This document shows positions 1-11,067 of a stretch of DNA of 64,000 nt, one piece after another; position 1 is the first letter of the stretch; every line of letters starts with the position of its first letter. Location of the stretch: contig MCFE01000017.1 of NCBI GenBank assembly GCA_002104905.1, positions 186,001-250,000 of the forward strand. The letters run 5' to 3'. Below the pieces are notes generated by a model. That model worked only from the letters and a program-made list of their open reading frames with translations, was not told the DNA's origin and did no database searches. The position numbers and the translations under genes were made by a program. This stretch comes from Basidiobolus meristosporus CBS 931.73 (lineage: Eukaryota; Fungi; Basidiobolomycota).

Positions 1-1089
1 CTCGGATTTAGACGACTTCGCACCGGGTACTTCTTTCCAACCAGTGATACCTGACACCGAGGCTAACGGGTTATTGTTTCTCCGAGTGATATTTGTATCG
101 GGGAAATTGTACTACAAATTACTGGAGGAAAGATCCAAGAGGGGTCTGAATGACTAGATAGCTTTGATCAGAGTGGAGGAATATTCCCCATTCCCTAAGG
201 AGGATTTGGAAGTGGAAATAGCAAAATAATCCATGGCGTCTGTATGGTGTCAACAGGAGACTCAAAATGGGGGAGCATGGTTCCTTATGGAATCAAGATT
301 CAACCAAATCCTACCAGCCCAACATCAGCTCGAATATGTTGGAAGAGCCACCTGTGCTGCTCCGGCGAATGGCATCATTATCTTGCCGTCAGATTAACAT
401 CGATTACTGGCCCAACAAACCTTCTTCATTGGTACATTTCACTAAACTGTTGAGATTTCCGTTCTAGCTATCAATATAATGTTTATGCATGTATTTGGCT
501 AGTGCAACCAACGTTGCTCTTATAAGCACTTTTTTGCATGCATTATGGCCCATCAATTCACGATGCTCCTGAACCGATTGGTAAAACAATCCGACACTCA
601 TGCAGTTATCGTGGCATTTTGACTACAAAATTAGAAAGTAGTTCTGGGTCCGCAACACGTTAAATATTAGTGCATCTAGAATGATAATTGGGGTGACATA
701 TTAACTCCACTGTCTACCAGTGCGATGTCAAATATCAGCTAATTTTATGCTTAACTATATTGGACTTTGATAGATCAAGCCCTGGGCCTTGGTTCTTCTG
801 GATTTGGACAGACAATTTCAAGGCACAAGGTATAAGGGGAAGAAGCGAGTTTCATAATGCACCAAGTACCGCAAAAACCTTTTTATGAAATCTCTACGCG
901 GTTTGATTGATAATAATGATGATTAAGAATCACGACCGCTTGCTCCATATTTGCCTACTCACTTCCGTTCAGACGATTATAAAAGAACTAAGGCAGACAA
1001 TGCTTGACACCATCTCAAAGATCTACAGGAATAGATCATTCATCTGAATTCTAGCAGGCTAGCTGGTTGCGTATATTCTCTTCGACACT

Positions 1090-2019
1090 ATGGTCTACTC
1101 AAAGCTTTCTCTATCCGTATTTGCATTATTGGCGTTGGTCCCGTACTCGTTGGGGCACATGGAAATGGTTCAGCCGGCTCCTCGCCAGTCTCGCTATAAT
1201 CCCACCTATAAAGGGACTCCGGATTATGACATGACTTCTCCCTTGGAACCAGGCCGCTGGCCATACCCTTGCCGTGGCTATGGAAAAGGTGGAGTTGTAG
1301 AGACCATCAAAGCTGGAAGTAATATTCCAGTGAAAATTGGTGGAGGTGCCCCTCACGATGGTGGTCACTGCCAGTTTGCGCTCTCATACGATGACAAAAC
1401 CTTTGTTGTTCTCAAGGACGTCTTCGATGATTGCTTAATAGCATCTCGCGATTATAGCGTTACAATCCCTGCGGGCGCACCTAGTGGCAGAGCCACTTTT
1501 GCTTGGGCCTGGATTAATAAGACTGGGAATCGCGAGTATTACATGAATTGTGCTGATATTGAAATCCAGGGGGGCTCGAGTGGTTCACTCACTGGACCCA
1601 AACTCTTGGTTGCCAATCTCCCAGGCTATGTCACAATTCCTGAATTTTCTCATGGTGGATATAGCGGTAAGGATTTGTTCCCAAAGAGACCAACAGTCAA
1701 GGTTACAGGGAACGGGAGTAGCGAGACTAAGCCTGAACCCTCCAAACCTACTGTTGCACCTAAGCCCACCCCTTCTACCAAGCCTATGCCCTCTGCTAAA
1801 CCAACAGCTACCCCCAAACCCGAGCCAAGTAAAAAGCCCGCCAAGCCTTCAAAACCAGGCAATAAATCTGGTGAATGCTCGGGCTTTGAGACCAAATGTG
1901 TCAACCCAGGAAAATCACGCGATTTCAAGGTTTGCACCAATGGTCACGAATACACCCAACGTTGTGCACCTGGAACTGTGTGCAGAGGAGGCATAAATCA
2001 AGTTCGCTGTGACTATTAG
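1090..2019 (+). CDS. Secreted AA11-family lytic polysaccharide monooxygenase with Pro/Lys/Thr-rich linker and C-terminal CBM19-like chitin-binding module
   Basis: Intronless 309-aa ORF. The signal peptide ends at SLG, leaving an N-terminal His (HMEMVQPAPR). Second His in APHDGGHCQF and Tyr in EYYMNCAD fit the AA11 copper site. KPEPSKPT-type linker; C-terminal Cys-rich C..C..C..CAPGTVC..C module. Confidence 0.85.
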   Translation: MVYSKLSLSVFALLALVPYSLGHMEMVQPAPRQSRYNPTYKGTPDYDMTSPLEPGRWPYPCRGYGKGGVVETIKAGSNIPVKIGGGAPHDGGHCQFALSYDDKTFVVLKDVFDDCLIASRDYSVTIPAGAPSGRATFAWAWINKTGNREYYMNCADIEIQGGSSGSLTGPKLLVANLPGYVTIPEFSHGGYSGKDLFPKRPTVKVTGNGSSETKPEPSKPTVAPKPTPSTKPMPSAKPTATPKPEPSKKPAKPSKPGNKSGECSGFETKCVNPGKSRDFKVCTNGHEYTQRCAPGTVCRGGINQVRCDY

Positions 2020-2619
2020 TAGCAATATTGACACCATTGTAAGCATGAACCGGGGAATTCAATGATCTCACTCTGCTGTTTCCCAGGATACCATCAAATA
2101 AAGTGACTCCATAATAGCAACGATATTTTGAAGTGTATATAAATCCAAGTGTGTCACCAGAAGATAAGCAATACCAAATAACAACCAATTTTTTTATGCA
2201 AATATTCAATGTTTGCTGTATGGTGAGTTCTTTGGTTTAACAAACCTGGTCATGATAATTATCTGTCTTGGCACACTGTTATATAGAATTAAAGATTACA
2301 TTGCGCGTATTGCTAAACTTCAGACCTCAGGGGAAAGTGGCTTCAAATACGTTCCAATTTACCCTACTGGATAAGCTACTGGCTTTTTCCATTACCCAAA
2401 ACAAACACATAATAGCTAGGGTGTGAAACACTTTTGAAATGCCTTGTAGATCCCTGTCTTCTGCAGAAAAACTACTGGATTTTTGGTGATGGACAAATTA
2501 CACTTATTAATGCTTGAGCAAAGAATGCTATCCTCTATTTGATATCACTAAGATAGAACAATGGACAGAGGGATATCTCGTAATAGTATCATAGTCAACG
2601 ATTGCATAGTTGGTTAGTA

Positions 2620-4612
2620 GTATTTATTATGTAATATATTTAAGTGGTGATTCTATTTGACATGTGTGATTAATGCTCTAGCTATCTTCCCCGGAAATCT
2701 CTTCCAAAGATTTGCCCTTGGTTTCAGGTACCCAGAAGGTTGATAGAAATCCAAGGAACATGATGGCAGCAAAGATTCCGAGGGTTTGAGGAAGGAAAGC
2801 GTGCTCTCCATCCTTACCACCAATCTCCACCAATTGATTGAAGCCGAAAGTAGCGATGATGGCTCCAAGCTTTCCGGAAGCAGCCGAGATACCGTGAGCA
2901 GTGGAACGGAAGCGAGTGGGGAATACCTCGGATGGAAGGACAAATGTAGTGGTATTTGGGCCGAAATTGAAGAAGAACTGGGCCAAGGTAAACAATGCGA
3001 CGAATAGAGCAACTGCTGTGTCCCGAATCTTGTAAAAGCCAGCAGAGAGTATGATGAAAATGATGGTTAAAAAGGCGAATCCCATCAACTGGATCTTGAT
3101 TCGGCCCATGCGTTCAATAAGGAACACTGTGAACCAGTATCCTGGGACAGTTCCCATTAATGAAATGATTAGATTTCCAACGGCCTCAGTCCACATGGCA
3201 TCGTAAGGAGAGAGACCTTTTGAGGAATATCCGATCGCTTGTAGGACGTATGACTGGTTAAGGGAGAGTCCATAGAAGGCAATGTCGAGGAAAAACCAGG
3301 ACAACGAGGTACCTAGCAACACCTTGAGATTCTTCCACTGTCCGAAATGCTCAGTGAAGGTCAGTTGTGGGCGTTCAACCTTAGCTATCTGATGATGCGC
3401 CTCCACGCGATCCTTGTCTTCGACATTCATGATTCCTCTCAAGTCCTCGGCTGCCTTTTCCGGATCTCCATTGACTTCCAAAGTATAGCGTGGTGACTCG
3501 GGCATGGTCAAACGGAAGTACACGGTAAAAATGGCAGGAACGCATCCAAAAGCAAGCATCAGTCTCCAAACATAATCGAAGTTGTTCTGATCCGCCCGGA
3601 TGGCCCCTTGGAAGATAGCCAACATGATCACAGTAAACAGCGCTCCGACCAAAATACCAGTTCCTTGGGACGCAAAGACGGCGGCAATCATCATGCCTCT
3701 TCTTTTTGTTGAGGCAAACTCTGATGTGATTACTGCCGACACTGGGTAGTCACCTCCTATGCCAATTCCGAGAATGAAGCGCCAAAAGCCAAGGATGGCA
3801 ATCACGTTCACTCCTTTCGCCCACGAACCAGCAATTGCACAGCAGATGGTAGCAAAAATAATGATAATCAACTCTGAGCCATACATCTTTTTTCTTCCAA
3901 GACGATCCCCTAGGTAGCCAAACAGTAGTTGTCCAATCAATGTACCAAAGGCAGTGGCCCCTTTCAATGGGCCTTCGTACTGTTTGGGAATCTTGTTGTT
4001 GTTATTGGTATAATAGACATAGCCCATCATCGGAACTGCGAGGTTGATGATAAAGATATCATAGGCATCGGTGAAGAATCCAATACCTGCCACGATAATT
4101 GCTCGAAGATGCCAGCCAGTGAGCTTAGACTCACCCAAAGAGTGAAGCGAATTGGACATTATTGTACTTATCTGGAGACTAGAGATAGTATGGAAAACAC
4201 TGAAAGGGCTCTGACGATTTATATACCTTGAGAGTGGGTGTGTAACTTGCCGCCAATGAACTACCAATCTTGAGAAGGGGAGACCGCACGTAGGTGTACA
4301 GAAGCCAGAGGTTGGTCCCAACTCAACCTCCAGAACACTTTGTGTGTTACTCTTGCCAACTGGTTATCGTAGCCAATGAACCTTGGAGATTTTGGCACGC
4401 ACCGACGCTAGAATATATTTGGTATATTTAGTTGGTGGTTGATTTTTACTTGTGAGTTGGTGATACGGGTATTCTTACTATAATTGGTGTACCTGCTGGG
4501 GAAAACACTTTTTTACGGATATGATAACCTCTAGGTGCTACTACGAATTGAATCTTACGATCAGTTACCTTCTCGTGGGTTTTTGGGACTTGATTATCAT
4601 TCAGAGATGGTG
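2620..4612. repeat. About 2-kb segment duplicated in inverted orientation at about 59647-61650 (Pho84 gene, promoter and 3' flank)
   Basis: The reverse complement of 2620-4612 aligns by eye with 59647-61650. The CDS is near-identical and similarity decays toward the distal promoter. Confidence 0.92.
2678..4159 (-). CDS. PHO84: Pho84-like phosphate:H+ symporter (MFS), copy 1, intact
   Basis: Intronless. Motifs AGIGFFTDAYDIF, GYLGDRLGRKK, GIGGDYPVSA and SEVFPTRFRSTAHGISAASGK. Likely start is MSNSLH at 4159; the ORF-track extension to 4321 is probably promoter/UTR. Confidence 0.93.
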   Translation of the reverse strand: MSNSLHSLGESKLTGWHLRAIIVAGIGFFTDAYDIFIINLAVPMMGYVYYTNNNNKIPKQYEGPLKGATAFGTLIGQLLFGYLGDRLGRKKMYGSELIIIIFATICCAIAGSWAKGVNVIAILGFWRFILGIGIGGDYPVSAVITSEFASTKRRGMMIAAVFASQGTGILVGALFTVIMLAIFQGAIRADQNNFDYVWRLMLAFGCVPAIFTVYFRLTMPESPRYTLEVNGDPEKAAEDLRGIMNVEDKDRVEAHHQIAKVERPQLTFTEHFGQWKNLKVLLGTSLSWFFLDIAFYGLSLNQSYVLQAIGYSSKGLSPYDAMWTEAVGNLIISLMGTVPGYWFTVFLIERMGRIKIQLMGFAFLTIIFIILSAGFYKIRDTAVALFVALFTLAQFFFNFGPNTTTFVLPSEVFPTRFRSTAHGISAASGKLGAIIATFGFNQLVEIGGKDGEHAFLPQTLGIFAAIMFLGFLSTFWVPETKGKSLEEISGEDS

Positions 4613-6193
4613 ATGGTATTTTACCATATTACCATAAATACGGTATTTCCCTACCTGGTATCGATTAGGCATCTGGGCATCAATCAACACGAACTAACCA
4701 TGGTATTGCGCAATAATATCGAAGATTGAATAGTATTGATAATCCAACACATTGGAAAGACCACTTTTTTTTGTATCAGATTTACCTAGTTTTTTTATGT
4801 CAGCGTAGTTAAAATGCAGTCAAGATTTCCTCATTAAAGACGCTGTCACTTTGCGGAGTATTGCTAACATATCGTATAGCAACTCATACACAAAGCTAAA
4901 TCCTGTTGCACTACTCAGTGTTAAGGCTTTGTGGATAGATTCTCGAATAATCGGTTGCATACGAAAATGATAATTCGTATATGAAAGTAAAATCTTAGAA
5001 TGAATGTGACCTCAACGAGTGACTGATTTATACTTGGGATTAGGCAGAAACATATCTCGACTCTTTTCTGATAATAGATTCTACATTCCTGGCTTTTCTC
5101 GTGGTATGATAATCTTCACCATATACTATACTCTTGAAGTCAAACCTTCTTGTTGTATCGGCTGGAAATAGGCATGAGGTGAACAATATATACTTCCAAT
5201 CTTCGTAAACTCATAAAGTATAACCCAGTTAGCAAGTAGCTGTCAACCGCTTCAAAGCTCAGATATATGTACACCTTAGTTCTTCTACCACGTGAGATTC
5301 GTATCAACTCTATTTTTGGATGCTACTCCTTAGACACGCGCAGCAAACATAGGAATGTAGAAAGTTTGATTGGATTTTGGAGGTTGTCGATAAACAACGA
5401 TTAGGATATTAATACAGTAGGGACTGCGATTATCCATAAGCCCTGGACACTTCATACCCAAGTCATCAAATAGAGTAGCAAATACAATGAAAATTGGTGC
5501 TTGGCATAGAACGTAGTTGGCCAATGATCCATTTATTTGTTGAAAACGGGGATTACTGTACTTTGGAGTAACATTAGTTAACCCCAAGTGTTATTTGTTA
5601 TATCCTATAGCGCAGGGAAGTTGCGCCCAACCCAAACTTGATTGACCTCACACCTGAGTGATTTTTGTCGTCACATGATTTTCCATTCCGAGTTTGATGA
5701 GACTTATGAGCTCCTCTCGCTTGATAAGCATGGTTGGCAATCCATTGCTACTGCTGGCATAGCCAAAAGAAGTCAAAAAATGGCTATGAATACCCAAAAC
5801 CGAATATACATTGCAATATTTTTCAAGTTGATTTCATTCGCACGGGGACATTCTTGTGTCATACAATTATGTATTATGCAAGGAGACGACCAATCTCACG
5901 CGGATGGTCCAATGATGTAGGATGGCGTAATACGATTGATTCGATGGTGTTGCACACTCAGGAGGATGTCGTCGATTCCTTGGTTTTCGATATTGCTATT
6001 GCATTACTCCACATCAAATTGTTAGTTTAAGTAATAGAAATTCCTAACAGTGGTGCAGCTTAAGACATGGCGAATGAGAAGCCACAGACAGGGAATCTCT
6101 ATCGCTTGAGGGGTCAAATGACCAAGACTAGCGCCTCCAATATAAACCCACTGCCTGGCAAGTCTGTAGTCAATCATTTTGAGTCTAGTGAAT

Positions 6194-7666
6194 ATGCTAA
6201 CAGGTGAACTACCACTGAACTCCAAAGCCCCCACCAAGTTCGACTATTCAAATGAACCGATCCGTTCCTCCGAGTTGATTGTACAGAAGGATCTACCCTT
6301 CAATGCTGAGCCGCCTCTCAAGTCGCTAATCCAACACTACATTACCCCAACCGAGTTGTTCTTCAAAAGAAATCATGGCCCGATTCCTCTCATTGATGGT
6401 AGCACATATGTATTCAAAGTGGATGGGCTTGTCGAGAAACCAATTGTCGTTGACCTCCATTCATTGAAAACTAAGTTTCAAAAGCACGAAGTGGCTGCAG
6501 TGATTCAGGTAAATGGAACTGTACTTTCTTGTTCCTTCAGACACGTGCCAACCAATTTTGTGACGTCTCTAGTGCGCAGGTAATCGACGTGATGGTCTAG
6601 CCAATGTCAAAAAGGTGAAGGGCGTTATTTGGGGACCTGGAACTGTGGGCAATGCCGTGTGGGGCGGTGCTAGACTTTCCGACGTGTTAAAGGAGGCCGG
6701 AGTACCCATGGGTTTAGCCTCGCAACTCCACGTTGCTTTTGAGGCATACGGCGATTCAGAAGAAGATACTTGCTATGGTAGCTCAATTCCTCTGGAGATG
6801 GCAATGTAAGCAAGAGATATGAGTTTCACGGATAGAGTATAAGGCTAACCTTCTCTCTCAGCAATCCCTCCAATGATGTACTCTTGGCTTACGAAATGAA
6901 TGGCTGTGAATTAACCAGAGACCACGGATTCCCTTGTCGGGTTGTTGTGCCAGGTTAGCACATCATTACCTCATTTACATGACAGATTATCTAACTTTAG
7001 CGATAGGAGTTATTGGCGCCCGGTCGGTGAAGTATCTTAGCAGGATCACCATCCAGAGTGAGGAATCACAAAGCTTTTATCAAAAAATGGACTATAAGGT
7101 TCTACCACCTTATGTTGATGAGCATAACGCCGATGAATGGTGGGACAAAATGGCAGCATTACAAGAGATGATCATTCAGAGTGTCATCTGCGAACCATGT
7201 TCTGGGCAAGTTCTTCCACCTGGTCCGGTCACGATTCGCGGCTACGCTTTGTGTGGGGGTGGTAAAGGAGTCGATAGAGTTGGTAAGTAAGGTACAAGGT
7301 TGATGCGGCATTTGATCACTGGAACTTACCGGATCACCATAGATGTATCTCTGGATAATGGACTGACCTGGCTGCCAACTGATAGATATCAAGCAGCCAC
7401 CAGAAACAAGCATTACGCCTGGTGTTTATGGAAAACTACTGTCGACAGTATTCCTGACAATTGTAAAATAATATGCCGAGCATGTAAGTAGCACTAGTCT
7501 CTTCCCCACCCCAGCACCCGTTCAAGCAACTAACCGCATAAATACTCTAGTTGACACCTGTGGAAACACACAACCGGAATTCCCGATTTGGAATTTCCGT
7601 GGTGTCATGAACAATTCATGGTTTGTAGTAGAGAATGTACGTCAGCAATCGAACACGAAACTGTAG
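6194..7666 (+). CDS. Sulfite oxidase (molybdopterin), multi-exon, no cytochrome b5 domain
   Basis: [10 protein letters not shown], spliced QCAGNRR (Moco Cys), GNAVWG, YEMNG..L..DHGFP.R and GARSVKYL motifs, plus a dimerisation domain with [13 protein letters not shown] and WCLW. TATAAA at 6141. Ends ...SNTKL*. Confidence 0.9.
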
Positions 7667-7877
7667 TAGTGGTGTTAATATATTTGAATACAAGTTCAAT
7701 CGGGCTGTTATAAATAGTTTCAAATCTTCATGTATAGTAATGAATAAACCAACTGGACTATATCTTAGGAACAGCACACAAGAAACTGTGATGGAGAAGA
7801 TTTATTTTGGGGACTTTGGGCAGGTGAGTCCACTTGGCAATGAAAAGAAAGAGTGGACAGAGAAATCAGAAATCAAC

Positions 7878-8916
7878 TCAAACTTTTTGCTTCTTTTGAG
7901 GTGGCTTCTCGTCGTTCTGTTCGTCGTCTTCATCATCTTCAGATTCCATCTCTCCCATATCCTCCTCGTCACTATCACCACCTTGGTAGTAAGAGAAGGC
8001 ATTGGGGTAGAGTTCATTGGCGATCAGCTCACCAAGCTCAGCACCCTCCTCGTTGAACCAGTTGAAGAAACTATCAAGCTCAGAATCACCGTTATGAGTA
8101 AGGTTCTAAACAAAAAAGCTTATTAAATCCAAATTTCGATAGATAATACGACCTCGAGAGCACGCTACCTTGCCCTCCTTCCACTCGATAGGATGGTTTT
8201 TGACCTGTGCGCTATCCTTATCAACTGTAAATTCCTTGATCAACTGGGTGTTGGTGAAGAAAGGATTTTCACTGAAGGTCTATGAGTTCAAGATTTCGAG
8301 CGTTAGAGAAAGGTATTAGTTGCCACCCATACTGCTTTGCTGCCAATTACCATGATGAGTTTGTGGCTGTTGGCGCTTTCTTCTTCCCTCTCGATGGTGA
8401 TGTCGACCAAGTGATTCAACACCTCCAAATCGTCCTCTTCAAGAAGAGAGCCTAATTTTCGAGGAGTAAAGATCAGCAACTTTCCCTTTGGTGAGAACGC
8501 GTACAAAACTACAAACCAAGGATAGGATGGTTGGAGAGCTACATATTTATAGATACGCGTTTTCAAACGTCAGAATTATCTATAACACGAACCAAAGTGA
8601 AAGTGGCGAACACATACCGCAGTGGCCCAGAATTTGGGAATTGAAGTGATAACTTCCTTGCGCTTCTCGTAGACTGGAGCCTTGATCTTTTCGTATTTGG
8701 CAGCTAATTTAGCACTCTCCTCCACTGAAAATATACCAATCAGGTCTTAGTTATCCGGAGATCAACACCGCAAGCGTCTGAAATCTACTTACACATCTGC
8801 TCCTCTATGCTTTCTAATTGTTGTTCTACTTCGAGCACCTTGGACCAGGCCTCTTTTAATTTAGGGTCGTTTTCTATAGCTTCAAGGCCATTCTTGACTG
8901 GGAGTGGAGTGGACAT
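7878..8916 (-). CDS. NAP family histone chaperone (SET/TAF-I/Vps75-like), multi-exon
   Basis: Spliced translation gives KRKEVITSIPKFWATALSNHPILGSLLEEDDLEVLNHLVDI, then NHPIEWKEGK, an acidic tail and a C-terminal PPQKKQKV NLS-like motif. Confidence 0.85.
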
Positions 8917-9413
8917 AGCGTGTTCAAAGTAAATTACAGTAACAAGTGGAAAGGAAATTCAAACAACCGATTCAATAAAATAGAATGGTTGGGAACCGGA
9001 TCAAATCTGAACAAAAGCGACAAGAAAAAAAAAGAATATATCACATCAACAAATATGTCGACTTCCTGAATTCGATCTACTTCGAGTCAAGCACGTGCCC
9101 CGTCTCGATGTGACTACTGAAACGAAGATCAGTAATAGTCTGGTTGCTAGGTTTTGGGGTGGTTCCCACGGCTTGACTCCAAAATTAATTAAATTGAAAT
9201 TCATGTCAATAAACATTCCCCTGATAAATTTCTGATTCATGTAGCCACAGATTAAGGCTTATAGGCAGGGACTTTGGGAGGTCAAGCACTCCTTTCACCA
9301 AGATGCTCGCCTCCTTGTATTTCGACCTTTACATCTGGCCAATGCTTTGTCCATATGCAGAAGCGGATTTATTTTACTATATAACCTAGGCCACAACAGA
9401 TTTTTATTCCTCA

Positions 9414-10025
9414 ATGATTCCTATACTATATTTACTTGCTGCTGTGTTTCTCAGCTTCACCCCTGTCAACGCAAAGGTAGAATTCCTGAGCCCTTCTGGA
9501 GAAGACATTTATACTGGCAGCACCATTACTATCGAATGGTAATACTCAATCAGCATACAGAAACGCATACTCCGTCTAATCTTCGATTTATTTACCAGGA
9601 AAGAAATTAGTGGTCAGCCCACAGATAACATCATGAACTTACAGCTTGTTCAGACATTCCCAAATTCCAACAACAAACCACAACCTGCTTTTAGCATCGT
9701 GACGATAGACCCTAAGATAGGATATTTCGAATGGGAGGTTTCACACATGATACCTAGTGGCAGCAACTATACCTTAGGTGGTGGGTCAGCTGGCGGAGCT
9801 TCCTACGGTGTGCCTTTTAATGTTATCAACACTAGCTCCCTACCGAAACATCATCCGCATGTCAAAAAGCAATTGGTAAATACAAATAACTCAACGAATA
9901 CCCAGGGCAATTCAACCACAACAACCAACGCTGCAACGACCCATAGAAACACCGGCAACTCCGGAGATGTGTCCAAGCATTTCTATCTGGTTACATTCAT
10001 CGTGGTCTTTGTCACTTGGATCTAA
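9414..10025 (+). CDS. Secreted, probably GPI-anchored Ser/Thr/Asn-rich protein (Kre9/Knh1-N-like beta-sandwich domain)
   Basis: Signal peptide MIPILYLLAAVFLSFTPVNA, then FLSPSGEDIYTGSTITIEW. One intron (about 9539-9598). T/N-rich stalk and hydrophobic C-terminus FYLVTFIVVFVTWI. Confidence 0.7.
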
Positions 10026-10231
10026 TTATAATTGTCTGTTCCTGAGGAGCAACAACCATTAAACATATCATCGCACTCGTTGTGAACCCACGCATACTAC
10101 ACGTATCATGATTGTGTAAGACCAATCCAATTCACCTAATAAGCATACAAGCCTTTATTCCGCATTCATCTTTGATGCAAGATGGTATGAATATCAACCT
10201 ATACGACATGCAAAGTTGAGCAAAGTTCCAT

Positions 10232-10748
10232 TTAAGCCTTGACGGCAAACTTTCTTTGAGGGAAGTGGATATCCTTCTTTTGTTGCTTGACAGTCTTGCG
10301 GGTAGCCTCGAACTTGGTCAAACGACGACGGATAGCACGGGTCTTCTTGTGACGAAGATCCAAAGGCAAGTACTTGCGGCCTTCTTGTTTATACAAGAGA
10401 CGAATGTTTTGACGCTCAGTTTGGGTAATAACGGTGAGAACACGGGCGATGGATTTGCGGACGGTGTTGCTATGAATGACTAATGGTTAATACAGAGTGG
10501 TTACATTTAGTCAACGGCTCTCTTACATCTTGGTCAACTTGGAAGCAGCACCACCAGCAACCTTCTGAACTCTCAAGGAAGAAAGCTCTTGCTTGAGTTC
10601 ATCAAGTTCCTTCTTGAGTTCGTCCTTGGACTTGTTGCGAAGTTCGTGAGCCGATACTTTAGCCTAGGTGGTCAGCAGGGAGAAGCCGTAGCATAAGCAA
10701 CTATACACGTTGGATGGATGGATCATCAATAGATAAGAAACTTACCAT
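10232..10748 (-). CDS. RPL35: 60S ribosomal protein L35 (uL29), two introns
   Basis: ATG followed directly by an intron. [37 protein letters not shown] and [20 protein letters not shown]...RKFAVKA*. Confidence 0.95.
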
Positions 10749-11067
10749 TTGTCTAATTGAATAAGTTAAAGGCCTCCAGAGAGAGAAAGATCGAAATCCA
10801 ACATCTACCACTTACTTTTATGAATTGCCACTGTCAAACTTGTTTTGATCTCACCAAAAAATTCCATACATATATATACGCCTATTCCATGACCAACTAA
10901 TCCAGGATAGTTTAATCAATCAGGATAACACTAATTTCACTAGAAACAATATTGGGTGGTTTTGGGTAAAATTATTTATATTTACTATACAATTTCTTTG
11001 AAATGCGAAAAAAATTTCATCCATTGCGCACCTAGCGGGGTAGGTACTTTTATTCTTTAGAGAATAT

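Noticed and set aside
1-600. Protein-like fragments at the window start (also about 2250-2550 and 59050-59470)
   Set aside because: Multiple stops and no recognisable family, so no feature call can be supported without a homology search.
4160-4321. 54-aa N-terminal extension of Pho84 in the ORF track
   Set aside because: It starts at a non-ATG codon, overlaps the TATA-like TATATAAA, and the same frame is broken in copy 2.
7635-8126. 163-aa plus-strand hydrophobic ORF and similar antisense ORFs (11149-11724, 13193-13696, 46144-46842, 52818-53732)
   Set aside because: Shadows of well-supported genes on the opposite strand.
9170-9310. U6atac-like or Sm-site snRNA (GGTCAAGCACTCC; AATTTTGGAG on the minus strand)
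   Set aside because: The AAGGAGA box is not upstream of AGC on the same strand and the internal stem-loop does not form. Likely chance.
10661-10745. C/D snoRNA in RPL35 intron 1 (TGATGA...CTGA)
   Set aside because: Too short, no terminal stem, and the CTGA is the branch-point sequence.
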